From an uncultured archaeon (GTDB lineage: Archaea > Asgardarchaeota > Lokiarchaeia > Sigyniarchaeales > SOKP01): a DNA stretch of 34,811 nt. Below are positions 19,311 to 28,083 of the stretch, piece after piece. The notes under the pieces are model-generated. The model did not search any database and was not told the DNA's origin. It saw only the letters and a program-made list of their open reading frames with translations. Numbering within the stretch: the stretch's first letter is position 1; every line of letters begins with the position of its first letter. A program made the translations under genes and the position numbers. The stretch is from positions 1-34,811 of the forward strand of contig CAYLZE010000049.1 in the NCBI GenBank assembly GCA_964388035.1, in the 5' to 3' direction.

Positions 19311-20750
19311 TTAGAACCGTTTTTCGCTCAATGAATCTAAAACCCTTAGCGATGAAGGGAAATCTTTAGCAAGATTTTTGAATTTATCTCGACGATAAGG
19401 ACTCATAATTGATCTCGTAAATTGCTTGAAAATAAATTTTGGTCTTGCTAATGAATAAAAGTTTTTATATGTTCTTTTAATTATGTCTTCAAGAGCCTTT
19501 GCTTTAACCCCATAAAATGGTAGGTCAGGTACTCGAACACCCGTCGCCCAATATTTTTCTTCATCTAATTTATGTTGATCGATTAACTCTTGCCATATTT
19601 TGATTCCGGGAAATACTTCAAAAATATGAAACATTGCGTAATCGATATCTAAATTTAGTGCAAGTTTAATAGTAAGTTGGATATCGCTAATTTTTTCTAT
19701 GGGAGAACCCATAATGAAAGAGGCCATCAAGAGATCGATTCCACCTTTCCTTGCTTTTTTAATCGCGTTTTTACATTTCGCGGGAGTGATGTTTTTTTGA
19801 TAATAGTCGAGAATTCTTTGACTCCCGCTTTCCATGCCAAAAAATATCGATTTAAAATTAGCTCTATTCATGTATTCATACATTTCCCTTGTTCCTTCGA
19901 CTCTTCCTTCACAATGAAAGATTAAATCAATCTTTTCTTTTCTAATATTTTTGCATATTTCAATTACCCATTGCGGCTTTAATGTGAAATTATCATCCAT
20001 TACCATTATTTCTCGATATCCTTCAGCTTCTAATAGTTCTAACTCTTGGATTATATTATTTACCGATCTATATCGCCAGCTTCTTTGATTAACTGAACAA
20101 AACCTGCACTGAAAAGGACATCCACGACTCATAATTATGGTTCCTGATTTCTGCTCTGAAAGACTTATACCCCCAAGAGACATTTTATATTCATTGTTCT
20201 TGAGCAGCTTACGATCTGGAATTGGAAACTGATCTAAATCTTCTTCTAATTCGCGTGGAGGAGTTGATACAATTTTATCTCCTTCTCTATAAGAAATACT
20301 CTTAACTTCTTTGTAATTAGGTGTATGATTTTTAATCAAATTTAATAATTCTACCAATACATGTTCCCCTTCGCCACAAACACAAAAATCAATAAAATTG
20401 TATTTACTTAATATTTTATCAGCACAAACCGTGTGATAATTGCCAAGAATAGTAATGATATTTGGATTCCATTCTTTTGCTATCCTTGCAATTTCAATTC
20501 CTGAGAGAAAGGATCTGGTTAAAACGGAAATACCTATCACGTCTGGGTCCTTTTCTTTTATCCAACCTAATACTTGAGAAAAAGTGTAATTTGTTGCTGC
20601 ATGATCTAAAATAGATATCTCATATCCTTCTTCTTTCAATACACCGGCAATATATAGCAATCCTAAGGGCTCTGCAAAACCTGAAAACATTGGTCTGAGC
20701 TCTTTTTTATCCAATTCCATTGGAACAGGATTAATTAATGCAATTTTCAT
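19311..20750 (-). CDS. B12-binding domain (class B) radical SAM enzyme
   Basis: MKIALINP, EPLGL, LGNYHT, GEGE, SRGCPFQCRFC, MDDNF, FGMESG. Confidence 0.93.
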   Translation of the reverse strand: MKIALINPVPMELDKKELRPMFSGFAEPLGLLYIAGVLKEEGYEISILDHAATNYTFSQVLGWIKEKDPDVIGISVLTRSFLSGIEIARIAKEWNPNIITILGNYHTVCADKILSKYNFIDFCVCGEGEHVLVELLNLIKNHTPNYKEVKSISYREGDKIVSTPPRELEEDLDQFPIPDRKLLKNNEYKMSLGGISLSEQKSGTIIMSRGCPFQCRFCSVNQRSWRYRSVNNIIQELELLEAEGYREIMVMDDNFTLKPQWVIEICKNIRKEKIDLIFHCEGRVEGTREMYEYMNRANFKSIFFGMESGSQRILDYYQKNITPAKCKNAIKKARKGGIDLLMASFIMGSPIEKISDIQLTIKLALNLDIDYAMFHIFEVFPGIKIWQELIDQHKLDEEKYWATGVRVPDLPFYGVKAKALEDIIKRTYKNFYSLARPKFIFKQFTRSIMSPYRRDKFKNLAKDFPSSLRVLDSLSEKRF

Positions 20751-20828
20751 TGTTTTTCCACTTACAACATGGATTTAATAACATTTCTTATTCTAAGAAA
20801 AATTGAAATTAATATTAATGATTCATTA

Positions 20829-22334
20829 TTAATTATCATACGTCCCAAATCCTCTAGGTTTCGATTCTCGAAAGGTAGTTATCGCATTCATTGCATCTTT
20901 GAAATTTGTCATTATATTGCCCGCCATATTAAGCATGAATTTACTTCTTATCATTCGGAGCATCATTTTAAGAAGAAATATTTTCTTTCTTTCAAATGAA
21001 AAAAACCGCTGATAGGCATTACGAATTTCCTCTAGCATGAGCTCTCTCTCTTTAGGAGATAATAAAAAGTCAATGACTCTTGTTGTTGTTTCCCAACGCT
21101 CCACGTCATGAATTTCATTACCCACACGAGTTTTTACAATGTCATGGGCATTAATAATCCCTTTTGAAATATAATCATCCCAAAACTGAATTCCCGGAAA
21201 GATTTCGACCACGTTAAAAAATGGCACATCTATATCTGAGTTTATAGCGAATTCAATTGTATTTTTTACTTCATCTAATGTTTCAGTAGGTGCTCCTAGC
21301 ATGAATAATCCTACAATGAGATCAATTTTTGCTTTCCGTGTTTTCTTTATAGCTTCATTAAATTGTGCAATTTTGGTTCTCTTATTGTAAAGATTTAGAA
21401 TCCGTTGGTTTGCGGTCTCAAATCCATACCACATTGACTTGCATCCTGATTTTCTCATCCAATTTAACATCTCTTGAGAAGTTTGATCTACACGTCCATC
21501 AGTATGCCAATCGATATCTATCTTTTCTTTTTTAATTAACTCGCAGATCTTGATTGTTCGTTTGGGAAGTAAGGTAAAATTATCATCAACAAAATTCAAT
21601 TGCGTATAACCTTGTGCTTGGATAAAGAGCATTTCTTCTACGATATTTTCAGGACTTCTCATGCGAAATTGGCGTTTTGCAAATTTGGTACAAGCACAAT
21701 ATGCACAATTAAAAGGACACCCTCGGGAAGAGATAATGGAAGTTAATTTTGATTTTGAAAAGTCAAACCCAGAAAAATTCCATTTATAATCATAATCTAT
21801 TAGCGTTCTATCGGGAAATGGGAGTGCATCTAAATCCTTGATTAAAGGAGCATCTGGAGTGATAATTATTTTATTATCGGCATTCCGAAATGCTAATCCG
21901 TTAATATTTTCTGGTAGACTATCATTCTGTTTTTCTAAAAATTTGCATAATTCTAAGAAAGTGAATTCCCCCTCCCCTCTAATGCAATAATCAACATATT
22001 TTCCGTATTTCTTAAGTATATTTTCAGCTTCCATAGTAGGATGGTAATGTCCTAAAATTACTTTTATGGAGGGATCAAATTCTTTAATATATTTGATAAG
22101 GTTGATCGCGGGCAGAAATGCCACCGAAAAAACAGATATTCCCAGAATATCAGGTTTTATCTGTTTGATCCAGCTTAAAACTTTATCTTTATCATAAAAT
22201 TTAGCTGCAGCGTCAAGTAATGAAACTGAATATCCGTTTTCTTTTAAAATTGTACCTATATATAAGATACCTAATGGAGGCCAAGGAGAATAAATCTTGG
22301 TTTCCAAGCTCGGGTTAATTAATCCTATTTTCAA
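20829..22334 (-). CDS. B12-binding domain (class B) radical SAM enzyme
   Basis: MKIGLINP, WPPLG, LGHYHPT, RGEGE, SRGCPFNCAYCAC, VDDNF, YGFET. TTG start. Confidence 0.93.
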   Translation of the reverse strand: MKIGLINPSLETKIYSPWPPLGILYIGTILKENGYSVSLLDAAAKFYDKDKVLSWIKQIKPDILGISVFSVAFLPAINLIKYIKEFDPSIKVILGHYHPTMEAENILKKYGKYVDYCIRGEGEFTFLELCKFLEKQNDSLPENINGLAFRNADNKIIITPDAPLIKDLDALPFPDRTLIDYDYKWNFSGFDFSKSKLTSIISSRGCPFNCAYCACTKFAKRQFRMRSPENIVEEMLFIQAQGYTQLNFVDDNFTLLPKRTIKICELIKKEKIDIDWHTDGRVDQTSQEMLNWMRKSGCKSMWYGFETANQRILNLYNKRTKIAQFNEAIKKTRKAKIDLIVGLFMLGAPTETLDEVKNTIEFAINSDIDVPFFNVVEIFPGIQFWDDYISKGIINAHDIVKTRVGNEIHDVERWETTTRVIDFLLSPKERELMLEEIRNAYQRFFSFERKKIFLLKMMLRMIRSKFMLNMAGNIMTNFKDAMNAITTFRESKPRGFGTYDN

Positions 22335-22360
22335 TTTTTTTTTACACCAATAAGTTTCTA

Positions 22361-23806
22361 TTAAAATAAATCCGGAGGGTTATTGATTAATTTTATAAAT
22401 TTGTCCATATCTTTAAAATTAAGGTGGTTTAAAATGATTTCTCGCCGGTATTTACTTATCAAAGTTCGGAAGGCAGCTTTAGCCAAATATCCCGGTCTAA
22501 AAAATTTCAGATGGAACTGATCCTTTATTATTTTAAAGATCATATCGCGTTTCATTTTTGCAATCGGCAAATCGATCAAGTCCACACCCGTTTCCCAATA
22601 TTTGTTTTCATCTATTATTTTATTGTTTATTAAGTCTTTGAAGATTTGAGTTCCTGGTAACGCTCGTAAAAAAATAATATGGGGAAAATCGATATCCAAT
22701 TTTGAAATAAATTTGAGGGTATCAATTGCTTCTTCATAGGTTTCATCTAATGCACCTATTATGAAGGATCCAATAATGAACTTGAATCCCGCTTTCCTTG
22801 CATTTTTTACAGCAATTTCACTCATTTGAGGCGTAATTCCTTTTTTGTAATAATTCAAAATTCGCTGTGAACTACTTTCGATTCCATACATTAAGATCTC
22901 AAAATTGGATCCATGCATCAATCGTAGTAAATCAATGGAGCTATTATTAACTCGTCCATCACAGATAAAAGAAATATCTAACTTTTCCTTTTTAATTTTC
23001 CTACATAGCTTGATAACTCTTTTTTTATTTAACGTGAAATTATCATCTACAAAAAGGATTTCACGATAGCCTTGATTGTTCAAATAAATAATTTCATCAA
23101 AAATATTATTCACTGACCTTGTTCGCCAAATTCCCCGAGAATAAGCAGAACAACCGCAAAATGTGCATGAATATGGGCATCCTCGAGAAGAGACCATCGT
23201 GGCAAATTTTCGTTTTGTTACATCAATACCACCAATTCGATTTCTGTACATGTCCGGAATTAATGTTCTATCGGGAAAAGGCAATAGATCAAGATTCTTT
23301 ATATAGGAGTGATCGGGATTTTCTTTTATTTTTCCATCATTTCGATAAGTTATACCTTTAATGTCACTAAGATTTGCATCTGTAGCTAGTTTCTCTACGA
23401 GTTCTGCAAATACTTGTTCGCCTTCTCCTCTTACACAGATATCAATTGAACTATAGTTTTCAAGAATTTTTTTTGAATAAAATGTTGCTAAATAGTTACC
23501 CATAATGATAATCAAGTTAGGATTCCAGATCTTTAAAGTTTCAGAAATTTCTTTAGCATTTTGGAAAGAAGAGCATAAAATGGAAAAGCCCACTATATCG
23601 GGATCTTCTTTTTTAACCCAGTTTACTACCTCCAAATTGCTATATTTAAAAGCGGCTTGATCGAGAATTTTCATGTCATGCCCTTTATTTCGTAAAGAAG
23701 TAGCCAGATATAAGAGCCCTAATGGAGGAGCAGAAGAATAAAATAATGTTTCACGCTTATTTTCATGGGATATCGACGGACTAGGGTTGATAAGACAAAT
23801 TTTCAT
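22361..23806 (-). CDS. B12-binding domain (class B) radical SAM enzyme
   Basis: MKICLINP, PPLGL, MGNYLAT, RGEGE, SRGCPYSCTFCGC, VDDNF, YGIES. Confidence 0.93.
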   Translation of the reverse strand: MKICLINPSPSISHENKRETLFYSSAPPLGLLYLATSLRNKGHDMKILDQAAFKYSNLEVVNWVKKEDPDIVGFSILCSSFQNAKEISETLKIWNPNLIIIMGNYLATFYSKKILENYSSIDICVRGEGEQVFAELVEKLATDANLSDIKGITYRNDGKIKENPDHSYIKNLDLLPFPDRTLIPDMYRNRIGGIDVTKRKFATMVSSRGCPYSCTFCGCSAYSRGIWRTRSVNNIFDEIIYLNNQGYREILFVDDNFTLNKKRVIKLCRKIKKEKLDISFICDGRVNNSSIDLLRLMHGSNFEILMYGIESSSQRILNYYKKGITPQMSEIAVKNARKAGFKFIIGSFIIGALDETYEEAIDTLKFISKLDIDFPHIIFLRALPGTQIFKDLINNKIIDENKYWETGVDLIDLPIAKMKRDMIFKIIKDQFHLKFFRPGYLAKAAFRTLISKYRREIILNHLNFKDMDKFIKLINNPPDLF

Positions 23807-23926
23807 TAAAATTTAACTCTCTTCTAAGGGTTTACTCGTTTCTAATTTTTATTTTTTTAGTGTGATGTGAACATTAATAATTCATGTTTAAATTTAAGTT
23901 GTTTTTTTATTATAGTTAAAATCCTT

Positions 23927-25225
23927 TTAATAAATCCAATTAAATAGAGAAGAGCAACTCTTACCTTGCGCATTTTCCAAGCGACCTTTTATTCGGAAAG
24001 TAGCCCCTTGATAACTGCATTCGGGGCATTTGCTATTTGAAATCAATTCGACAACATCGTCAATCAGAACCGCTTGATTCACCGATCCATTCACACCAAA
24101 TGGCGTGATGACTTCTAATAATCCACTTTCTCCATTATTTACCGGTTCTAAAGACTCTTGATCTCTTACTATTATTCGTGTTGTATCCGGGCAATGATAA
24201 ATAAAATCTTGATACTTTTCAGACCAATGTCCTCCAAAAAGGGTGGGGCCTTCCGTAAAAGCATAGATATCTGCAATTTCATTTGGTTTGATATTGAATA
24301 ATTTTTCAAAAGTTTTAATGAATTTGACTTTATCGACATTTCCCATCTTGGCTTCTCCTTTAACACCATCCCAACCACCGCCCCCACAGCCAACTATTGC
24401 TTTACCATTCAGATCGTACGAGCGATTTTCCTTTAACAATCGCTTTTCGAACATGTTATTCATTAAGAGCGGACTGCCACCAAAAATAATTTTACTGACT
24501 TCGATTTCTTTCCAATATCCCGTTTTTAAAATAGAATTTATCATTTTTAACATTTTACTAACATCTAAAACAAAGGCCCCTCTTATCGAGAGAGTAGAAA
24601 GTATTGCTTTAATCGTGCTAAAAAATTTGGCTTTTACTAGGTATTCTTCATGTCCGTAATATTCCCAAGGTTTATTCATACAGGCTGTAAAATAGCGAGT
24701 TTTTTTTAGATACGGAAATCCTTTTAGATTCTTTCTAACCATTAAGGAAAAGGTTAAACGATTCGGTGCAAAGTTAAAGACTAAGCATCTCTTTGAATTT
24801 TGCTTTAAATCTTTCCATCGAAAAAACTCAGAAAAGACCTTTATTGAATTATATTGAAGTTGGTCAAAATCTTCTACAGTTCTGGGTACTATGGATGGAT
24901 CTCCTGTAGTAGATGAAGAGCAAGAAAAGAGAGCGATCTTATTCAAAGGAACTTTTAAAAGTGTTATCGTTAAATTATTAGATTTTTTATATATATTAGA
25001 GGGAATATATGGGATCTCTGATAAATCTTGAATTTTTAATTGATCTGGAACGGAGAATTTAAATTTCTCTACAAGTTTATTCCGATAAAGTTTACAATTC
25101 TCATTGGATAAAATAATTTGTTCCAGTATTTTTTTACAAAAATCCTCATCAGAATAATGGAGAGGTTTAAAATCAAAATATTTGGTCTGTAATTCCTCTG
25201 GTAAATAGTCCTTGAAGCTAAACAT
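23927..25225 (-). CDS. LuxE-like acyl-protein synthetase, copy 2
   Basis: IPYIPSNIYK, SSSTTG, GGGGWDG, DIYAFTE, RIIVRD, DD, FRIKGR and a terminal KSCSS. ATG at 25225 preferred over TTG at 25234. Confidence 0.85.
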   Translation of the reverse strand: MFSFKDYLPEELQTKYFDFKPLHYSDEDFCKKILEQIILSNENCKLYRNKLVEKFKFSVPDQLKIQDLSEIPYIPSNIYKKSNNLTITLLKVPLNKIALFSCSSSTTGDPSIVPRTVEDFDQLQYNSIKVFSEFFRWKDLKQNSKRCLVFNFAPNRLTFSLMVRKNLKGFPYLKKTRYFTACMNKPWEYYGHEEYLVKAKFFSTIKAILSTLSIRGAFVLDVSKMLKMINSILKTGYWKEIEVSKIIFGGSPLLMNNMFEKRLLKENRSYDLNGKAIVGCGGGGWDGVKGEAKMGNVDKVKFIKTFEKLFNIKPNEIADIYAFTEGPTLFGGHWSEKYQDFIYHCPDTTRIIVRDQESLEPVNNGESGLLEVITPFGVNGSVNQAVLIDDVVELISNSKCPECSYQGATFRIKGRLENAQGKSCSSLFNWIY

Positions 25226-25255
25226 GGTAAGCAACCATTTTGTAAGTATCCTTTT

Positions 25256-25333
25256 TTATGAAAGAACTTTCCACATATTTTTAAAAAAGAAAAACAAGAT
25301 TAGATGAAAAAACTTGTCCAAACTTTTTTCCAT
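25256..25333 (-). CDS. Candidate 25-aa hydrophobic micropeptide (MEKSLDKFFHLILFFFFKNMWKVLS)
   Basis: Read manually. The ATG is preceded by GAAGGAGA at canonical spacing, and the ORF ends 30 nt before the luxE-like ATG. No homology support. Confidence 0.3.
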   Translation of the reverse strand: MEKSLDKFFHLILFFFFKNMWKVLS

Positions 25334-25393
25334 AGAAATCTCCTTCTCGGAAAGCAAGATAATTCTTTGAACTTTTATTTTCTAAATTTATAT

Positions 25394-25404
25394 AAAAAAA
25401 AAAA
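25394..25404 (-). terminator. Oligo-T terminator candidate
   Basis: T11 immediately after the stop codon of the 25405..26757 gene. Confidence 0.5.
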
Positions 25405-26757
25405 TTAATTAGAGGATAGAGCTATTATTTCTTCCTCTTCTTTTTCAAATAACATTGGTGTCTTTTCCCACGACATTTCTTTAGGAAGTTGGAACTGATG
25501 TAAAAACATGAAGAGATGGATATAGCCACTTATCAAAAATAATAATAACACGCTATAATGTTTATCCCCATACTTTCTTATGGCATTAAATAAAAAGCCG
25601 AACTGGAAGAACAAACAAGAAAGAGTCCAAAATAATAGATAAAATTCCCCAATCAGAAAGTAAAATAGAGAGAACGCAATCACGATAGGAATCCAGGTAT
25701 CTAAATTTCCTAAGAGCATCATTGTCATATTTCGTGAGATGATAATCGATTTTCCATTTTTATCCCCTTTTTTCATTGCCATTAGTTGAGGCATGTCAAA
25801 TATAAATCCTGCTAACCACCGTGTACGTTGCTTGACCAAGATATCCCATGTATTTGGAACATATTCATAAATCTTTGCTTTGGGCGTAAAAAGTATTTTA
25901 ACTCCATCCAAGTTTAAGAGTACAGATAAATAAAGATCTTCTGTCATTGAATCTTCGTTAAATCCTCCATAATCCAAAAGACATTTAGTTCTGACTGCGA
26001 AATTTCGACCAAAGGAGTATGCTGAAGAACCTAACCGATTTTTTATTTCAAACGTTAATCCTCCACCAGAAATCATGGCATAATCAAGTAAAATTCCTTT
26101 GGTTAATGTATTCTCTTTCCAATTCTCTACCAATACGGGACCAATTACAGCATTATTTTTTTCCTCGTGGAATGGATTCATTAATTCTTTTAACGTGTAA
26201 GATTGCAAGATGCAACCAGCATCATAGAGGACAACGATTTCATTTTTTACATGTTTTAACCCATAATTCAATGCTGGTGGTTTTCCTTTCTTAGGGAGAT
26301 TTTCGGATAAAATTGTTATATCCAAATTTTCATGTTTATTCGCAAAAGATTTGCAAAAATCCAAGGAATCATCAGTTGATCCACTAATTATAAGAATTAG
26401 TTGAATTTTCTCTTTAGGATAATCTGTTTTAACAATTGAGTTCAAAGTTCTTTCTAATAATGTTTTTTCACTTTTCGAAGCTATTAAAATACTAATAGGG
26501 GTAGTATAAGAGGTTTTAATTCGATAACCGCTTCCAAAGGATGATAAAAAATGTATCCCGTAATAGAGTATTAAACCCAAAAAGAATCCTAATCCAATTA
26601 ATGGAAATATAACCCACCAATAAGTTAAAGGATTAGTAAAGAACAGATCTATTGTTCCTTTTACTCCGGATGGAAAGGAGGGAGGAAATATCAGGTGTAA
26701 TATTACATAAAATACCACTAATATTAGTCCGTAAAGTACAATTTTTCCAATTTTCAT
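25405..26757 (-). CDS. Membrane-embedded GT2 glycosyltransferase (cellulose-synthase-like)
   Basis: 2 N-terminal TMs; GKPPALNYGL, TED and QRTRW; C-terminal TMs and WEKT. Confidence 0.9.
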   Translation of the reverse strand: MKIGKIVLYGLILVVFYVILHLIFPPSFPSGVKGTIDLFFTNPLTYWWVIFPLIGLGFFLGLILYYGIHFLSSFGSGYRIKTSYTTPISILIASKSEKTLLERTLNSIVKTDYPKEKIQLILIISGSTDDSLDFCKSFANKHENLDITILSENLPKKGKPPALNYGLKHVKNEIVVLYDAGCILQSYTLKELMNPFHEEKNNAVIGPVLVENWKENTLTKGILLDYAMISGGGLTFEIKNRLGSSAYSFGRNFAVRTKCLLDYGGFNEDSMTEDLYLSVLLNLDGVKILFTPKAKIYEYVPNTWDILVKQRTRWLAGFIFDMPQLMAMKKGDKNGKSIIISRNMTMMLLGNLDTWIPIVIAFSLFYFLIGEFYLLFWTLSCLFFQFGFLFNAIRKYGDKHYSVLLLFLISGYIHLFMFLHQFQLPKEMSWEKTPMLFEKEEEEIIALSSN

Positions 26758-26824
26758 TTCTGCTCACCCATTTTTTTATCCGTTTTATATTGTATTTTTA
26801 ATATAATTCATATCGTTTTGAAAA

Positions 26825-27760
26825 TTAACCATTTTTATTTTCCATTGTTTTAAGTTGCTTCCAAATATAGCTACTAGATTGAAGAGAGGACATTACCATT
26901 ATAAATAGTAAAACGACTTGATAAATTAACATGCACCATGTTACTATCCCTCCATGAATAACCGACCAAATAGCAGCAGTAGTAGGATTAATTAGATAAG
27001 TTATCATCACGATAAAACTTGAAATACCATATATCAGAAAGAATGTAACCATGATTATAATTCTGGTAATCCTTTCTCCCGCAAATGGTTTTGTTTCAAG
27101 TAATCCTAATCCTTCATGTCTTGCTCTCATGTATTCATAGATAAAAATAAGTAATATGTTTGTCCAGACAATCCACGTGAAATCAAGACCAAGGCTCGGG
27201 ATGATCAAGAGGCTAGTAGGAACTAAACATACTAACATTAAAATATCACTAATTCGATCGATGATGTTATCTAACCAAGCTCCAGTTTTAGATTTGATAT
27301 TCAACAATCGCGCAATAGTGCCATCGATCCCATCAATTATTCCCGTAAATGCAACTAAAAAAGCAACGGGAAGAAATATAAATCCATAGAATGGTTGTTG
27401 CGAAATCAAATCTAAGGTTTGCCCTTCACTAGCTATAATGACGCCATAAAAGATAAAGAATGATAATATTAAGTTCATTATAGTAACTTTGTTGGGACTT
27501 ATACCCCACTTTATAAAAATCTTTGCACCCTTATATGTCATGGGCATGTAGAATGATCCAGAAGGATCTTTTTTCATTTGTGCGAATTGCTCTTCTAGTT
27601 TATGCCCCTGCCCATGATCTTTTAACCAATCTTTTATGAAATCATCCAAGCTCATGAGATCTTGTTTAGGTGCTGTTCTTGACCGACCAGCAAGTAATAA
27701 TATTATAAGGAAGCCTAGTAAAACTAAGGGAAATATAATTCTAAATATAATTTCTGCCAT
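26825..27760 (-). CDS. CDP-alcohol phosphatidyltransferase family protein
   Basis: ISPNKVT and the full signature DGIDGTIAR-x7-GAWLDNIIDRISD, plus YMRAR and ER..R. Confidence 0.93.
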   Translation of the reverse strand: MAEIIFRIIFPLVLLGFLIILLLAGRSRTAPKQDLMSLDDFIKDWLKDHGQGHKLEEQFAQMKKDPSGSFYMPMTYKGAKIFIKWGISPNKVTIMNLILSFFIFYGVIIASEGQTLDLISQQPFYGFIFLPVAFLVAFTGIIDGIDGTIARLLNIKSKTGAWLDNIIDRISDILMLVCLVPTSLLIIPSLGLDFTWIVWTNILLIFIYEYMRARHEGLGLLETKPFAGERITRIIIMVTFFLIYGISSFIVMITYLINPTTAAIWSVIHGGIVTWCMLIYQVVLLFIMVMSSLQSSSYIWKQLKTMENKNG

Positions 27761-28083
27761 AAAAAACTCATTTTTTTTTTAATTTTAATTTAAGTATTGA
27801 ATTGTTAATTAGTAATTAAATTATATTGAAAAACATATTTAAGCTTTACGCAAATCAGTCAATATTTCATTTACAGCTAAATGGCTAATGATAGATAATA
27901 TTCTATTAAATTTATAAATCTTTAACCTCGCATCATTCAATTTATCAATGTTTTTTAAATTAAACCTCTTGATTTACTTATATCCTTTTCTACTTCTTCA
28001 TTTCAACCTCTAATCTATTATTTTTTTTCATTTTTCCCATAAGAATGATTTTTTTAAGGTCATAATTAAAAGGGATTATCATT

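Noticed and set aside
3309-23806. Specific names (bchE, hpnP, grsA/B) for the rSAMs
   Set aside because: Motifs support only class-level assignment, and there is no chlorophyll or hopanoid gene context.
16718-25234. Bioluminescence operon
   Set aside because: No luxA/B, luxC or luxD in the window.
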